Shown: piece after piece, positions 31,932 to 42,395 of the stretch
Layout of the letters: the number at the start of each line of letters is the position of its first letter
Position numbering within the stretch: position 1 is the first letter of the stretch
Translations under genes and position numbers: made by a program
Source: an uncultured delta proteobacterium
Lineage (GTDB): Bacteria > Myxococcota > B64-G9
NCBI GenBank assembly: GCA_963754925.1
Contig: CAVWHX010000005.1
Coordinates: forward strand, 1-64,000
Reading direction: 5' to 3'
DNA length: 64,000 nt
Notes under the pieces: model-generated
The model's database searches: none
Told to the model about the DNA's origin: nothing
The model's input: only the letters and a program-made list of their open reading frames with translations

Positions 31932-33932
31932 ATGAAAGCAACGCTACGGTCTATGATGCTGGTGCTTGGATGCGCCGTCGGTGTGTTCGGTTGTGGAAAG
32001 TCGTCAAGTTCCAACGTCAAGCTGCCGGTATACATCGATTTTCCGGCGAGCGGCACCTGCTCGGTCGGACGGACGATGTGCGGCGAGGGCTGCGTTGATT
32101 TGCTCAGCCACCCTCAGCACTGTGGGTCGTGTGGTAAGGCCTGTGATTCGGGCCAAGTGTGCGTGGGTGGCCAGTGCAGCGCACATTGCCCGCAGGACTT
32201 CACGGTCTGCAATGGTCTGTGCGTGAACCTCAAAACGTCCACGCTGAACTGCGGGGCCTGCGGGACCGTCTGTTCGAATCCTCAAATCTGCGACAACGGC
32301 ACCTGCGGCGCCTCGTGCGAAGCGAACTTGGTGCCCGCTCCGATCTTTACCAACGATGGCGTGACCTTGGGCTGCGTCAGTTTGCGTTCCAACTCGAATG
32401 ACTGCGGCACGTTAGGCAACGTGTGCCTCAACGGCACTGCCTGCGCGAACGGGATGTGCAGTAACGCCTGCCTCTCGGGACCCAATTGCCAAGGCGCCTG
32501 CTACGACCTGAGCTCCGATCCGAACCATTGCGGGACCTGCCACACGGCATGCCCGGCGGATCAGGTCTGCGTCAACGGCGCCTGCGTCGCCTCATGCCCG
32601 ACCGGAACGACGCAGTGCGGTCATAGCTGCCTGGTGCTCGCGAATAACCCCAGCAACTGCGGCGCCTGTTTCAATGCCTGCCTCACCGGGCAAACCTGCG
32701 TGAACGGGAACTGCACCACCGACTGTCCGCCGCTGCAAACCTACTGCGGCGGGGCCTGCGCCCTGTTGCTCTCTGACGTGAACAACTGCGGCACCTGCGA
32801 TACGGTTTGTGATCCCACCCAGAGTTGCGTCGGCGGCCATTGTGTCTCTGCATGCGGCGTGGATCAGCAACGATGCGACGATCGCTGCGGCACGCGAGTG
32901 GCATTTGGTCAATGTGGCACTTGTGGCACGGCTTGCCCCGCGGGGCAAGCCTGTTACGCCGCCACGTGCACGCCCACATGCCCGTCCGGGATGCAGATGC
33001 TCTATGGGGTATGCTACGCCACATTATCGGACAACAACAACTGCGGTACGATAGGCAACGTCTGTGACGCCAACACCACGTGCCTCAATGGAACCTGTGC
33101 TTCGATTACCTCATTACCAGGCGGCGATATTAAAGATTGCTCCAGCGGCCGTGCCGCCAACCTTGCCGACGATCCCACGAACTGCGGCACCTGCGGCCAC
33201 TCCTGTCAAGCGGGGGAGATCTGCGCGCAGGGTCAATGCCTGCCCGACTGCGGGACGTTGGACGCCTGCGGATCGGGATGCACCAACACGCGTTCCGACT
33301 TCTACAACTGCGGGACGTGCGGTCACGTGTGCGCGCTCGGCCAGGCCTGCATCTTGGGCCAGTGCACGCCGATTGATACCTTCATCGCGCCTTGGAGCGG
33401 CATCTACGCCGATTGCGGATCATATATCGCCGACCTCAAGTCCGACAGCAACAACTGCGGCAGCTGCCGGAACCAATGCGCCGAGGATCAGGTATGCGCC
33501 AACGGTTCCTGCGGGTCATCCTGTCTTGGCAGCCTCACCGCCTGTCCCCCGCTCGGATGTGTCAACACCAGCGATTCGCTATCCAATTGTGGGGTTTGCG
33601 GCAACATCTGCGACCCGGGGTGGGCCTGTATCACCGGCCAGTGCATGGACAATTGCGGGGGCCTATCAGCCCCCAATGACCGCAGATGTCCTGGGGTGTC
33701 TGGGGTGTGTGTCAATATTATGTATGATGACCGCAACTGTGGCGGCTGTGGGACGGTTTGCGCCCCGGGAACGATGTGTCGTGTCGGCACGTGCCAGGCA
33801 ACCTGCGAGGCGAATTATACCCAGTGCGATACCACGTGCGTCAACCTGAATTCGGACCCGAACAACTGCGGCGCCTGCGATAACCGCTGCGCCGTGGGCA
33901 AGGCGTGCACCACCTCGACCTGTCAGCCGTAA
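31932..33932 (+). CDS. Cysteine-rich repeat lipoprotein (myxobacterial MXAN_6577/Stig1-like repeats)
   Basis: AAGGAG RBS, VFGC lipobox, more than 12 copies of C..L..D..NCG.CG..C...Q.C..G.C. Confidence 0.88.
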   Translation: MKATLRSMMLVLGCAVGVFGCGKSSSSNVKLPVYIDFPASGTCSVGRTMCGEGCVDLLSHPQHCGSCGKACDSGQVCVGGQCSAHCPQDFTVCNGLCVNLKTSTLNCGACGTVCSNPQICDNGTCGASCEANLVPAPIFTNDGVTLGCVSLRSNSNDCGTLGNVCLNGTACANGMCSNACLSGPNCQGACYDLSSDPNHCGTCHTACPADQVCVNGACVASCPTGTTQCGHSCLVLANNPSNCGACFNACLTGQTCVNGNCTTDCPPLQTYCGGACALLLSDVNNCGTCDTVCDPTQSCVGGHCVSACGVDQQRCDDRCGTRVAFGQCGTCGTACPAGQACYAATCTPTCPSGMQMLYGVCYATLSDNNNCGTIGNVCDANTTCLNGTCASITSLPGGDIKDCSSGRAANLADDPTNCGTCGHSCQAGEICAQGQCLPDCGTLDACGSGCTNTRSDFYNCGTCGHVCALGQACILGQCTPIDTFIAPWSGIYADCGSYIADLKSDSNNCGSCRNQCAEDQVCANGSCGSSCLGSLTACPPLGCVNTSDSLSNCGVCGNICDPGWACITGQCMDNCGGLSAPNDRRCPGVSGVCVNIMYDDRNCGGCGTVCAPGTMCRVGTCQATCEANYTQCDTTCVNLNSDPNNCGACDNRCAVGKACTTSTCQP

Positions 33933-34013
33933 GCCACCTCAAGTCCATGGGAGAATAGTTCTTCCGAATACCCCGAAGGTATATCATTTTGATCGTCTTG
34001 CTACGTGCGCTCA

Positions 34014-34727
34014 TTACCGGCGTCGCGTCCATCGGGAGTTCTCGATCGCGCACTTAATCACACCCAAACCGTAAACCATGCTACGCCAAAAATTGATGGA
34101 CGAGGCCTCGGGGAAGTAGCGCGTCGGACAGGAAATCTCGCCGATGCGGAAACCGTTGCGGATTGCCTGGCAGAGCATCTGATTATCGAAGATAAAGTCG
34201 TCGGAGTTCTCATCGAGAGGCAGCCGCTCGAGTAATTCGCGCGAGAAGGCGCGGTAGCCGGTGTGGTACTCCGATAGCTTTTGACCCATCAAGAAATTCT
34301 GCAGCGCCGTCAGCAGCCGGTTGGCGACGTATTTGTAGCGTGGCATGCCACCGGCGATGGCGCTCTGCGCGAGAATCCGCGATCCGAGCACTACATCATA
34401 GTGGCCGCTCGCGATCATACAGCCCATCGCGCCGACCAGTTTGGGCGAGTACTGATAGTCAGGATGCAACATCACCACAATGTCGGCACCGAGTGAGAGC
34501 GCCTCTCGATAGCAGGTCTTCTGGTTTGCGCCGTAGCCGCGGTTCGTCTCGTGCACCACGGTTCGCAGGCCGAGCCTCCGCGCGACCGCAACGGTGTCGT
34601 CTTGTGATGCGTCGTCGACGCAGATGATCTCATCGACCTCCGAGGGGATCTCACGCACCGTCTGTTCGAGGGTCTTGGCCGCATGGTAGGCCGGCAGCAC
34701 GACAATGACCTTCTTGCCTTGGAACAT
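34014..34727 (-). CDS. GT2 glycosyltransferase (polyprenol-phosphate sugar synthase-like)
   Basis: VVLPAY, VDDASQD, NRGYGANQKTCY, HPDYQY, GSR, EYHTGYRAF. Confidence 0.93.
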   Translation of the reverse strand: MFQGKKVIVVLPAYHAAKTLEQTVREIPSEVDEIICVDDASQDDTVAVARRLGLRTVVHETNRGYGANQKTCYREALSLGADIVVMLHPDYQYSPKLVGAMGCMIASGHYDVVLGSRILAQSAIAGGMPRYKYVANRLLTALQNFLMGQKLSEYHTGYRAFSRELLERLPLDENSDDFIFDNQMLCQAIRNGFRIGEISCPTRYFPEASSINFWRSMVYGLGVIKCAIENSRWTRRR

Positions 34728-34729
34728 GG

Positions 34730-36331
34730 TCAGTGTTTCCTTCGGTAAATGACATTCTGGCCGACCACCGCCTCGCGCACGTAGTGAGCCGAGACATAGT
34801 CATACAGCAGTGGATAGCGCTCGATCGGGTATCGTCGCCAGTGAGGCTGGTTGCCCGGTGCCGTGTCGATAATAAGCTCGGCACGATGCTCTTCAAGATC
34901 ACGCACAAGCGTCGGGAACCCATCGGGAACACCCAGCCGGTCCTCAACCTCTGGTGGCAGGCTCTGTCCCAACCCGATAGCCGCGTATCCGGTGAGGTAG
35001 TTGCACGTCAAGTATCGCGTGGCCGCAAGGCGGTCGGATGCGACATAGATGAGCGGGGAGTGGCCCCAGACGAAAATGCGATCGGTCGGGCGCGTGTGCT
35101 CCTTCACATAGCATTCGACGTCGTCATACGGCAGTCGCGTGTCGCTGAAGAGTTTTTCCGCTGCATCGAAGTTAAGTGCCAAGATGAAGCATACCATGGC
35201 GGGCACGATGGTCCCGAGCACCATGAGCCTCGTCGACCAGCGGCGCCAACTGAGATCGAGTGACGCGGCGGCTATCCCCGCGAGCCCGGAAAGCGGTGTC
35301 ACGAGGGCAGGGAAGTAGTGGTCGAAGAAGCGTCCGCCGAGCAATGTTCCCGCGAATGCCGCGATCGACCAGGTCGCAAGCAGCGACACAACGACCGTCG
35401 AATCTACGTCTTTGCGCGTGCAGGTCACAACGGCGCGCAGGGCGAGGACCAAAAGTACGATGCAGGCGGCGCCCCACAGACCATAGGCCACGGCGAACCG
35501 CCCGAGCCAGGAGAAGGTGGCGAAGCCAGTCGGGATATAGGTGAGCGTCGTCCATTGGAAGGTCCAATAGACGAGATCGTCCCAGACGCCGAGATGCTTG
35601 AAGTAGAGCGCCACGAGCCCCCAGATCGTAGCGAAGCCAGCAGTTATCGCTGCGGAGAGCTTCATTCCTGGCAGGACGGCCTTCCCTCCAAGGGACAGCG
35701 GTCGCACCACGACAAGCCAGGCAAGCGCCGCCAAGAAGAGAGAAACCGCGGTTGGTTTGATGAGCGTTGCAAGGGCGCACAGACTCCCCGCAGCGAAGCT
35801 CATGAGGAGTTGCGCGACGGTGCGCCGGTCCTGCATGGTCAGCAGCAATGCCGCCGCCGCTGCCAGCGGCAGCGAGAAGAGCAGTTCGCACTGCGTGGCG
35901 AGCACCTTGGGATCCTGAACGGTGACAAAGACGTAATAGAACAGCGCAGCCAAGAGCGCCGCCCTTGGCCCCGCGGCGCGCCTCGCACAGAGCGCAAGGA
36001 ACAGACCGGTTGCCAAAACCCACAGGATGGTCAGGGCGTGCAGCCCCTGCATCTGGTAACGCCCGACAAGGGCGAAGCCAGCCTGATAGAGAAAAAAGAT
36101 ACCCGGTGGCTTGCTCTCGACACCCGCATGGTAGGGGAGTTCGCCCTCGTGCATGGCTGCGGCGGCTGTCGCGTAAAGCGCTTCATCTTCGTTGAGGATG
36201 GAAATACGCACCGCCGGCAGGCGCAAAACGATTCCCACCACCATCACGAGGGCGATCAGAAAGAGCCATCGGCTCATGGGCGCTTGCGATTTGGGCATGG
36301 GAGAGACTGGGTTGTGTTCATCTTCCTTCAC
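34730..36331 (-). CDS. ArnT/PMT-like membrane glycosyltransferase
   Basis: NEDEALY and ESKPPG loop motifs, many TM helices, adjacent to the GT2 gene. Confidence 0.85.
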   Translation of the reverse strand: MKEDEHNPVSPMPKSQAPMSRWLFLIALVMVVGIVLRLPAVRISILNEDEALYATAAAAMHEGELPYHAGVESKPPGIFFLYQAGFALVGRYQMQGLHALTILWVLATGLFLALCARRAAGPRAALLAALFYYVFVTVQDPKVLATQCELLFSLPLAAAAALLLTMQDRRTVAQLLMSFAAGSLCALATLIKPTAVSLFLAALAWLVVVRPLSLGGKAVLPGMKLSAAITAGFATIWGLVALYFKHLGVWDDLVYWTFQWTTLTYIPTGFATFSWLGRFAVAYGLWGAACIVLLVLALRAVVTCTRKDVDSTVVVSLLATWSIAAFAGTLLGGRFFDHYFPALVTPLSGLAGIAAASLDLSWRRWSTRLMVLGTIVPAMVCFILALNFDAAEKLFSDTRLPYDDVECYVKEHTRPTDRIFVWGHSPLIYVASDRLAATRYLTCNYLTGYAAIGLGQSLPPEVEDRLGVPDGFPTLVRDLEEHRAELIIDTAPGNQPHWRRYPIERYPLLYDYVSAHYVREAVVGQNVIYRRKH

Positions 36332-36502
36332 TCATTCGCTTCTTTGGTTTTTCGTAGCATGTTCTCAATCGAAGTTTAAATTACCCCTCAACTCATTTTA
36401 GGTCAATGATTGGGAAAAACTTTTTCGAGGTGGCGAGGCATAGGTAACACCCACACAGAGAAACGCATGCCACCGGCAGGCGGCATCTCGGTCAAGGGTT
36501 GG

Positions 36503-36628
36503 GAAAATTCTGTGCTTGACTCGGAACCTGGTTGTTACTATACACGTCAGCAGATCCTAACGAAGGGACGATTTCAATCCCAACCGTGTAAAGCCATAAT
36601 GGTATGGGCCGGGGGCATTCGTATCCAT
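36503..36628 (+). repeat. fadD promoter/leader segment, copy 1 (TTGACT-17-TATACA at 36516-36544)
   Basis: Colinear diverged direct repeat at 42744-42868. Confidence 0.82.
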
Positions 36629-36760
36629 GTAGTTCAACACCCATGCTCTGAACCGGGAAGGATGTGGCGTCAAAAGCCCGGTGGGCAATTTGCGCGGAAG
36701 ATGACGATACCTGTTATGCGGAAACCAGTGGTTTCAGGCACAGTTCCTTAAGGAGGCGCC

Positions 36761-38467
36761 ATGTCGAATACGAGTACCTACGCAGACAAACTGTGGCTTA
36801 ACCATTATGACCAAGGGGTTCCTAAAAGCATAACCTACGAGAATGTCTGCTTGCCCGAGTATCTTGAACGCTCGGCAAAGGAATTTCCGAATAACACGGC
36901 GCTCTCTTTTCAAGGATTCCATCTTTCCTATCGCCAACTCAAAGACATGATGGATCGCATGGCGACCTGCCTGACCGATTTCGGCATCAAGAAAGGAGAT
37001 CGGGTTGCGATACTCTTACCGAATTTAATTCCCTGTGTGGCGGCGTATTATGCCGCCCTAAAAATCGGCGGCATTGTTGTTATGAACAATCCGATGTATT
37101 CCGACAAGGAACTCGACCACCAATTCAACAATTCCGATTCCAAAGTTCTCATCACGCTCGATCTTCTGGCCAATAGGATGATCGATCTCAGGCCCAAGAC
37201 TCATATCAAGCAAATCATTTATACCTCGATTGGTGACTATCTCCCATTTCCTAAAAGCGTGCTCTTTCCGCTCGTTGCAAAGAAAAAGAAGTTGGCGGCC
37301 GATGTGAAAGCCGCACCCGATGTTTATAAATGGAAGGATATGGTTGCTAAAAACCAGCCGAAACCGCCGCACGTCAAACTCGCCTTCGACGACATCGCGC
37401 AGTTGCAGTACACCGGAGGAACCACGGGAGTATCAAAGGGCGTCGTGCTTACGCATGCGAACTTAAGCAAACAGGTTCAGCAGATCAATGCGTGGTTCCC
37501 GGAATTAAACAAGAATAGGGGCAAGGAAAAATTTCTTGGAGCGCTTCCGTTTTTCCATGTATTCGGTCTTTCCTGTTGCATGAATTATGTAATATTCACG
37601 GGAAATGAAGATATCCTTATTCCACGGCCCCAGCCGGATCCGCTCGTTGAGGCGCTTATCAAGGACAAGCCCACCTTCGCCATGCTGGTGCCGACCATGT
37701 TTATGGGAATCCTGAACCATCCCAAGATAAAAGAAATTGACTTGAGTAGCATCAAAGGTTGTTTTTCCGGCAGCGCGCCGCTGCCCCTCGAAGTCATAAA
37801 AGCGTGGGAGTCAAAGACTGGTTCGGTGATATGTGAAGGATTTGGTATGACCGAGTCCTGCCCGGTCACTCACATAAACCCCTTTGCTGGCAATAGAAAA
37901 CCGGGGAGCATCGGACTGCCGATACCGGACACGGAAAGCCGGATCGTTGATATTGAAGGGCGTGACAAGGATATGCCCATTGGTGAAACTGGCGAGTTGT
38001 TAGTCAGAGGTCCGCAGGTGATGCGGGAGTACTGGAACATGCCGCAAGAGACGGCGCAGACGTTAAAAGGCGGATGGCTCCATACCGGCGACATCGCTAA
38101 AATGGATGAAGAAGGGTATTTTTATATCGTCGACCGGCTGAAGGACATGATTATTTCCGGTGGCTTTAATGTGTATCCTCGCGAGATCGATGAGGTGTTC
38201 TACGAGAACCCGAAAGTCGAAGAGGCGTGCGCCATAGGCATTCCGCATAAAACCCGCGGAGAGGCAATCAAGGTTTTTGTGGTATTGAGGAAGGGCCAGA
38301 CGGCCACGGTCGACGAACTCATGGATTACTGCAAGCAGAAACTTGCCACCTACAAGCTGCCCGTTGCGATTGAATTTCGGGATCAACTGCCGAAGAGCAC
38401 GGTCGGTAAAGTATTGCGAAAAGAACTCCGCGTCGAGGAGATGAAAAAAATTCAGAAACAAAGCTAA
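36761..38467 (+). CDS. fadD: Long-chain fatty acid--CoA ligase
   Basis: QYTGGTTGVSKG, LPFFHVFG, EGFGMTE, GWLHTGD, VDRLKDMII, PKSTVGK. Confidence 0.93.
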   Translation: MSNTSTYADKLWLNHYDQGVPKSITYENVCLPEYLERSAKEFPNNTALSFQGFHLSYRQLKDMMDRMATCLTDFGIKKGDRVAILLPNLIPCVAAYYAALKIGGIVVMNNPMYSDKELDHQFNNSDSKVLITLDLLANRMIDLRPKTHIKQIIYTSIGDYLPFPKSVLFPLVAKKKKLAADVKAAPDVYKWKDMVAKNQPKPPHVKLAFDDIAQLQYTGGTTGVSKGVVLTHANLSKQVQQINAWFPELNKNRGKEKFLGALPFFHVFGLSCCMNYVIFTGNEDILIPRPQPDPLVEALIKDKPTFAMLVPTMFMGILNHPKIKEIDLSSIKGCFSGSAPLPLEVIKAWESKTGSVICEGFGMTESCPVTHINPFAGNRKPGSIGLPIPDTESRIVDIEGRDKDMPIGETGELLVRGPQVMREYWNMPQETAQTLKGGWLHTGDIAKMDEEGYFYIVDRLKDMIISGGFNVYPREIDEVFYENPKVEEACAIGIPHKTRGEAIKVFVVLRKGQTATVDELMDYCKQKLATYKLPVAIEFRDQLPKSTVGKVLRKELRVEEMKKIQKQS

Positions 38468-38510
38468 TGACGCTGATAAGAAACAAGAAGACACCTGGGG
38501 ACCTAATATA

Positions 38511-38580
38511 TTGAGTAGGGTAGTGCAGGTGATACGAAAAATGATTTGTTCTCAATAGGGACGGGATTTGGCGAACGACA
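38511..38580. repeat. Dispersed IS-end-like repeat, copy 3
   Basis: Ends ...GATTTGGCGAACGACA (TGT terminus on the minus strand); GACACCTGG occurs at both 38490 and 38577. Confidence 0.8.
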
Positions 38581-38689
38581 CCTGGCGGACAGCCAGGGCG
38601 GGCGCTTGATTGACACTAACCTCATAGTTGCTTAAACTAAAAATATAAATAGGTTACAACGAAACGAGCAGCGGAAGGATGTTACTATC

Positions 38690-39160
38690 ATGAAAAAGAT
38701 TTCAATTTCATCTTTGTTTTGTATGTGCATGGTTATCGCGATGCTTATGAAACCGGAGCTGGCTCGGGCGGCGCTAGGCGAACCGGTCGATTCGGTGGCC
38801 ACCGACCGTGTGGCCCTCAAGGCCGTGCAGGGCGAGACCGTCGTCCGCAGCAGCTATTCGGTCCAAGAACTTAAGTCCAATTTGATTTCGCTGCGGGAGT
38901 ACCTCACGTCTTCCGGCGTCGTATTCGCGATAACCTGGAAGGGACTCACCCACCCGGATCTCACGCCGCTCCTCGGCTCTTTCGCCAAAGAATATGCCGA
39001 GGGCCTACGTAACACTCCCCACGAGCGGGGTCGCAGGAGCAGCCAAATCAAGACGGAGCACATCGTCGTCGAGAAATGGGGGCATATGCGCAACCTACAA
39101 GGACGGGCTTACCTCAAGGCGCTCGTACCTCCGGGGATCAAAATCGATGAAATTAACTAG
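38690..39160 (+). CDS. DUF2844 family secreted protein
   Basis: A.AALG signal cleavage; LREY...GVVFAITWKG..HPDL..LLG; GHMRNLQGRAYL..L.P.G. Confidence 0.85.
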   Translation: MKKISISSLFCMCMVIAMLMKPELARAALGEPVDSVATDRVALKAVQGETVVRSSYSVQELKSNLISLREYLTSSGVVFAITWKGLTHPDLTPLLGSFAKEYAEGLRNTPHERGRRSSQIKTEHIVVEKWGHMRNLQGRAYLKALVPPGIKIDEIN

Positions 39161-41314
39161 CGGCACGATTTGGTTGGCCCTCCTGGCATTACTCGCCGGA
39201 TGCGGCAGTTCATCCAAGGGGGCGCATACGTACAGCATCTCGGGGACGGTGAGTGGCGCGACCGCAGCAGGGGTCAGGGTTGTGCTCATTGGGGCAGCGA
39301 CGGTTTCCACGAGCACCGACGGGAGCGGCAACTACAGCTTCAGCGGGCTTTCGAACGGCGTCTATACGGTCGCGCCGAGCAAGAGCGGCTTCACCTTCAC
39401 CCCGGCGAGCATCGCCGTCACGGTGAGCGGTGCGGACGTCACGGGGCGGAACTTCACGGGGACCGCTGAGGGGAATACGTACAGCATCTCGGGCACGGTG
39501 AGCGGCGCGACGGCATCAGGGGTCACAGTCACGCTCACCGGATCAGCGACGGCTTCCACGAGCACCGACGGGAGCGGCAACTACAGCTTTAGCGGGCTTC
39601 CGAACGGCGTCTATATTGTCACGCCGAGTGAGAGCGGCTACACCTTCTCTCCTATGAGCAGCGTCGTCACGGTGAACGGCGCGAACGTCACGGGGCGGAA
39701 CTTCACCGTGACCGCTGCGCCGAATACGTACAGCATCTCGGGGACGGTGAGCGGCGCGACCGCAGCCGGGGTCAGGGTCGCGCTCACTGGGGCAGCCGCG
39801 GCCTCCACGAGCACCGACGGGAGCGGCAACTACAGCTTCAGCGGGCTTTTGAACGGTGACTATACGATTACGCCGGACAAGAGCGGCTACACCTTCTCCC
39901 CGGCGAGCATCCCGGTCACGGTGAGCGACGCGAACCTCACGGGGCAGAACTTCACGTCGACCGCCGCGCCGAATACCTACAGCATCTCCGGGACGGTGAG
40001 CGGCGCAACCGCAGCAGGGGTCACGCTCGCGCTCACCGGGGCGGCGACGGCCTCCACGAGCACCGACGGGAACGGCGCCTACAGCTTTAGCGGGCTTTCG
40101 AACGGCGGCTATACGGTCACGCCGAGCGAGAGCGGCTACACCTTCTCCCCGGCGAGCATCACCGTCACGGTAAGCGGCGCGGACGTCACGGGGCGGAACT
40201 TCACGGCGACCGCCAATAACGTGATGCCGGTCACGGTGAATGGTTCGCTTTGCAGCAGCAATTCCTACTTCAACAAGCCGTGCGTCAGCGTGACGATCTG
40301 TGAGCCCGGCACATCGAACTGCCAGGAGATCACCGATATTCTTCTGGACACCGGAAGCTTCGGGCTGAGGATCTTCAAGCAGCTTGTGTCCGTTTCCCTC
40401 ACCTCGGAGTCTATCGACGGCGCGCTCGGCGAGTGCCAGGTGTTCGCGGATGGTTCGTCCGAATGGGGGCCGGTTGAGGTGGCGAGCGTTATTCTCGGAA
40501 ACGAACCCGCCGTTCACGTGCCCATCCAGATCATCGACTCATCGTTCGGAACACGTCCGGGTCAATGCGGCAACGCCGACACGTCCCCGGCTGACGCCGG
40601 ATTAACGGAATCCTGGGGGTGGGGTTTCTTGCCCAGGACTGTGGTTCGCTTTGTGAGGAGTCCTCCTATAATAACATTTATTACGCCTGCCTCGGATCGA
40701 ATTGTGTGGGCGCCGCGGTCCCCCTATTCTTACAAGTCCAGAATCCGGTGGCGCTCCTCCCCAAGGACAATAACGGTGTCCTGGTGCAACTCCCCGCTAT
40801 TCCTGCTGTTGGGGCTCCCTCGGTCAACGGCTCCCTCATCCTGGGCATCGGCACCCAGGCTAACAACGTACCGTCGGGAGTATCCATCTACGATATCAAC
40901 CCGAATGTTGAGAGCCTGAACTGGATGCCTATCACCACGACGTTTGAAGACATTCAGGGCGCCGGATTTCTCGACACCGGGTCTAACGCACTATACTTTT
41001 CCGATCTCGAAGATCAGCTTCCGGTGTGTCCCTTGCCCTATTCTTCTTCCTACCCTTGGTTCTGTCCTCTGTCAGCGAAGACGTTATCCGCCACGAACAC
41101 CGGCTTTGGCGCCTCAGCGATCGGCCTGGTGTCCTTTACCATCAGCAGCTTCGCCACCTTCTTTAATTCTGGCAACAACGTGTCCGCCCAGGTCGGAGGA
41201 TCAGCGAAGCAAGGATTCGATTGGGGGCTGCCGTTCTTTTTCGGACGCCCGGTCTATGTCGGCATCGAGGGAATGAAATCCAGCCTCGGTCAAGGTCCCT
41301 TCTGGGCGTACTAG
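39147..41314 (+). CDS. DUF3443 lipoprotein with four N-terminal carboxypeptidase-regulatory-like repeats, -1 frameshift near 40602
   Basis: LAGC lipobox; NKPCVSVTICEPG, LLDTGSFGLRIF, (F)NGILGVG restored by one base, VQNPVA, FLDTGSN, FDWGLPFFFGR. Confidence 0.85.
39231..40215 (+). repeat. Four tandem 249-bp intragenic repeats (83 aa each)
   Basis: TACAGCATCT recurs at 39231, 39480, 39729 and 39978. Confidence 0.93.
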
Positions 41315-41455
41315 GGCATGACAGCCGCCACTATGGTTGACGCCGCATCGATGACTCCCAGGATAAACCCGCCTCCGATGGTGCCTATCAAGGTTTCCAT
41401 TCCACCCAATACTGCCGCCGCAAAACCCTTGAGCAGCGGTGCCAGCATTATATTG
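41311..41455 (-). pseudogene. Fragment of a LivH-like branched-chain amino acid ABC permease C-terminus
   Basis: MLAPLLKGFAAAVLGGMETLIGTIGGGFILGVI; no N-terminus or operon partners. Confidence 0.7.
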
Positions 41456-41543
41456 CGGTCGAGGGAGGTGCTGGTGCCCGGAACCAAGAGCGAGCGCACC
41501 GAGCGCTAGCAGCATCCTCAGAGCGTCTTACATTGTTGTTCCT

Positions 41544-42395
41544 TCATCGGTACAGCTCCGCGCTCGCGAGTACGGAACCATTATTCTGTCCTCCCGCTAT
41601 GAGTACCTTTCCGTCGGGCAGCAGCGTCGCCGTGTGTGCGTACCGCGAAGTCGTCAAGCTACCAGTGGTCGTGAACGTTCCCGAAACCGGGTCGTACAGC
41701 TCCCCGCTCGCTAGGGAGTCGTCTAAGCCCGAGGTCCCAGCCCCTCCCGCGATGAGCACCTTCCCGCTGGGCAGCAGCGTCGCCGTGTTCCATCTCCGCC
41801 CCGTTGCCATGCTCCCTGTGACCGCAAATGTCCCCGTAACCGGGTCGTACAGCTCCGCGCTCGCGAGGGCGGGGTTGGTAAATCCTCCTCCATCACCTCC
41901 CGCGATGAGCACCTTCCCGCCGCGCAGCAGCGTCGCCGTGTAATTACCCCGAACCGTCGTCATGCTCCCCGTGGCCGCAAACGTCCCCGCAACCGGGTCG
42001 TACAGCTCCGCGGGGGCGCCTCCCGCGAGGAGCACCTTCCCGCTGGGCAATAGCGTCGCCGTGCCCTGCGCCGTCGTCATGCTCCCCGTGGCCGTGAAAG
42101 CTCCCGCGTCCGGGTCGTACAGCTCCGCGCTCGTGAGCCACTCGCCCGAGTTCCCAGCCCCGCCTACAATGAGTACTTTCCCGCCGGGTAGAAGTGTCGC
42201 CGTGTGATCCGCCCGCGCTGTCGTCATACTCCCCGTGGTGGTGAACGTTCCCGACGAAGAGCCGCAATCCCCGTTCCCGAACACGCCGCAATCCATGTTC
42301 CCAAGCATGCCGCAATGCATGTTCCCGAGTGCCAGGCCCACCGTCAAGACGATGGGGAGTAGCGCCATTGAGCCAATCCTTCTCTCTTTTTTCAT
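41544..42395 (-). CDS. Secreted Kelch-repeat protein
   Basis: Five copies of TGSMTT.R..HTATLL..GKVLIAGG...SAELYDP. Confidence 0.92.
   Translation of the reverse strand: MKKERRIGSMALLPIVLTVGLALGNMHCGMLGNMDCGVFGNGDCGSSSGTFTTTGSMTTARADHTATLLPGGKVLIVGGAGNSGEWLTSAELYDPDAGAFTATGSMTTAQGTATLLPSGKVLLAGGAPAELYDPVAGTFAATGSMTTVRGNYTATLLRGGKVLIAGGDGGGFTNPALASAELYDPVTGTFAVTGSMATGRRWNTATLLPSGKVLIAGGAGTSGLDDSLASGELYDPVSGTFTTTGSLTTSRYAHTATLLPDGKVLIAGGQNNGSVLASAELYR

Noticed and set aside
39231..40215. Diversity-generating retroelement template/variable repeats (also the Ig and Kelch repeats)
   Set aside because: These are in-frame domain repeats, the differences are not adenine-specific, and no reverse transcriptase is present.
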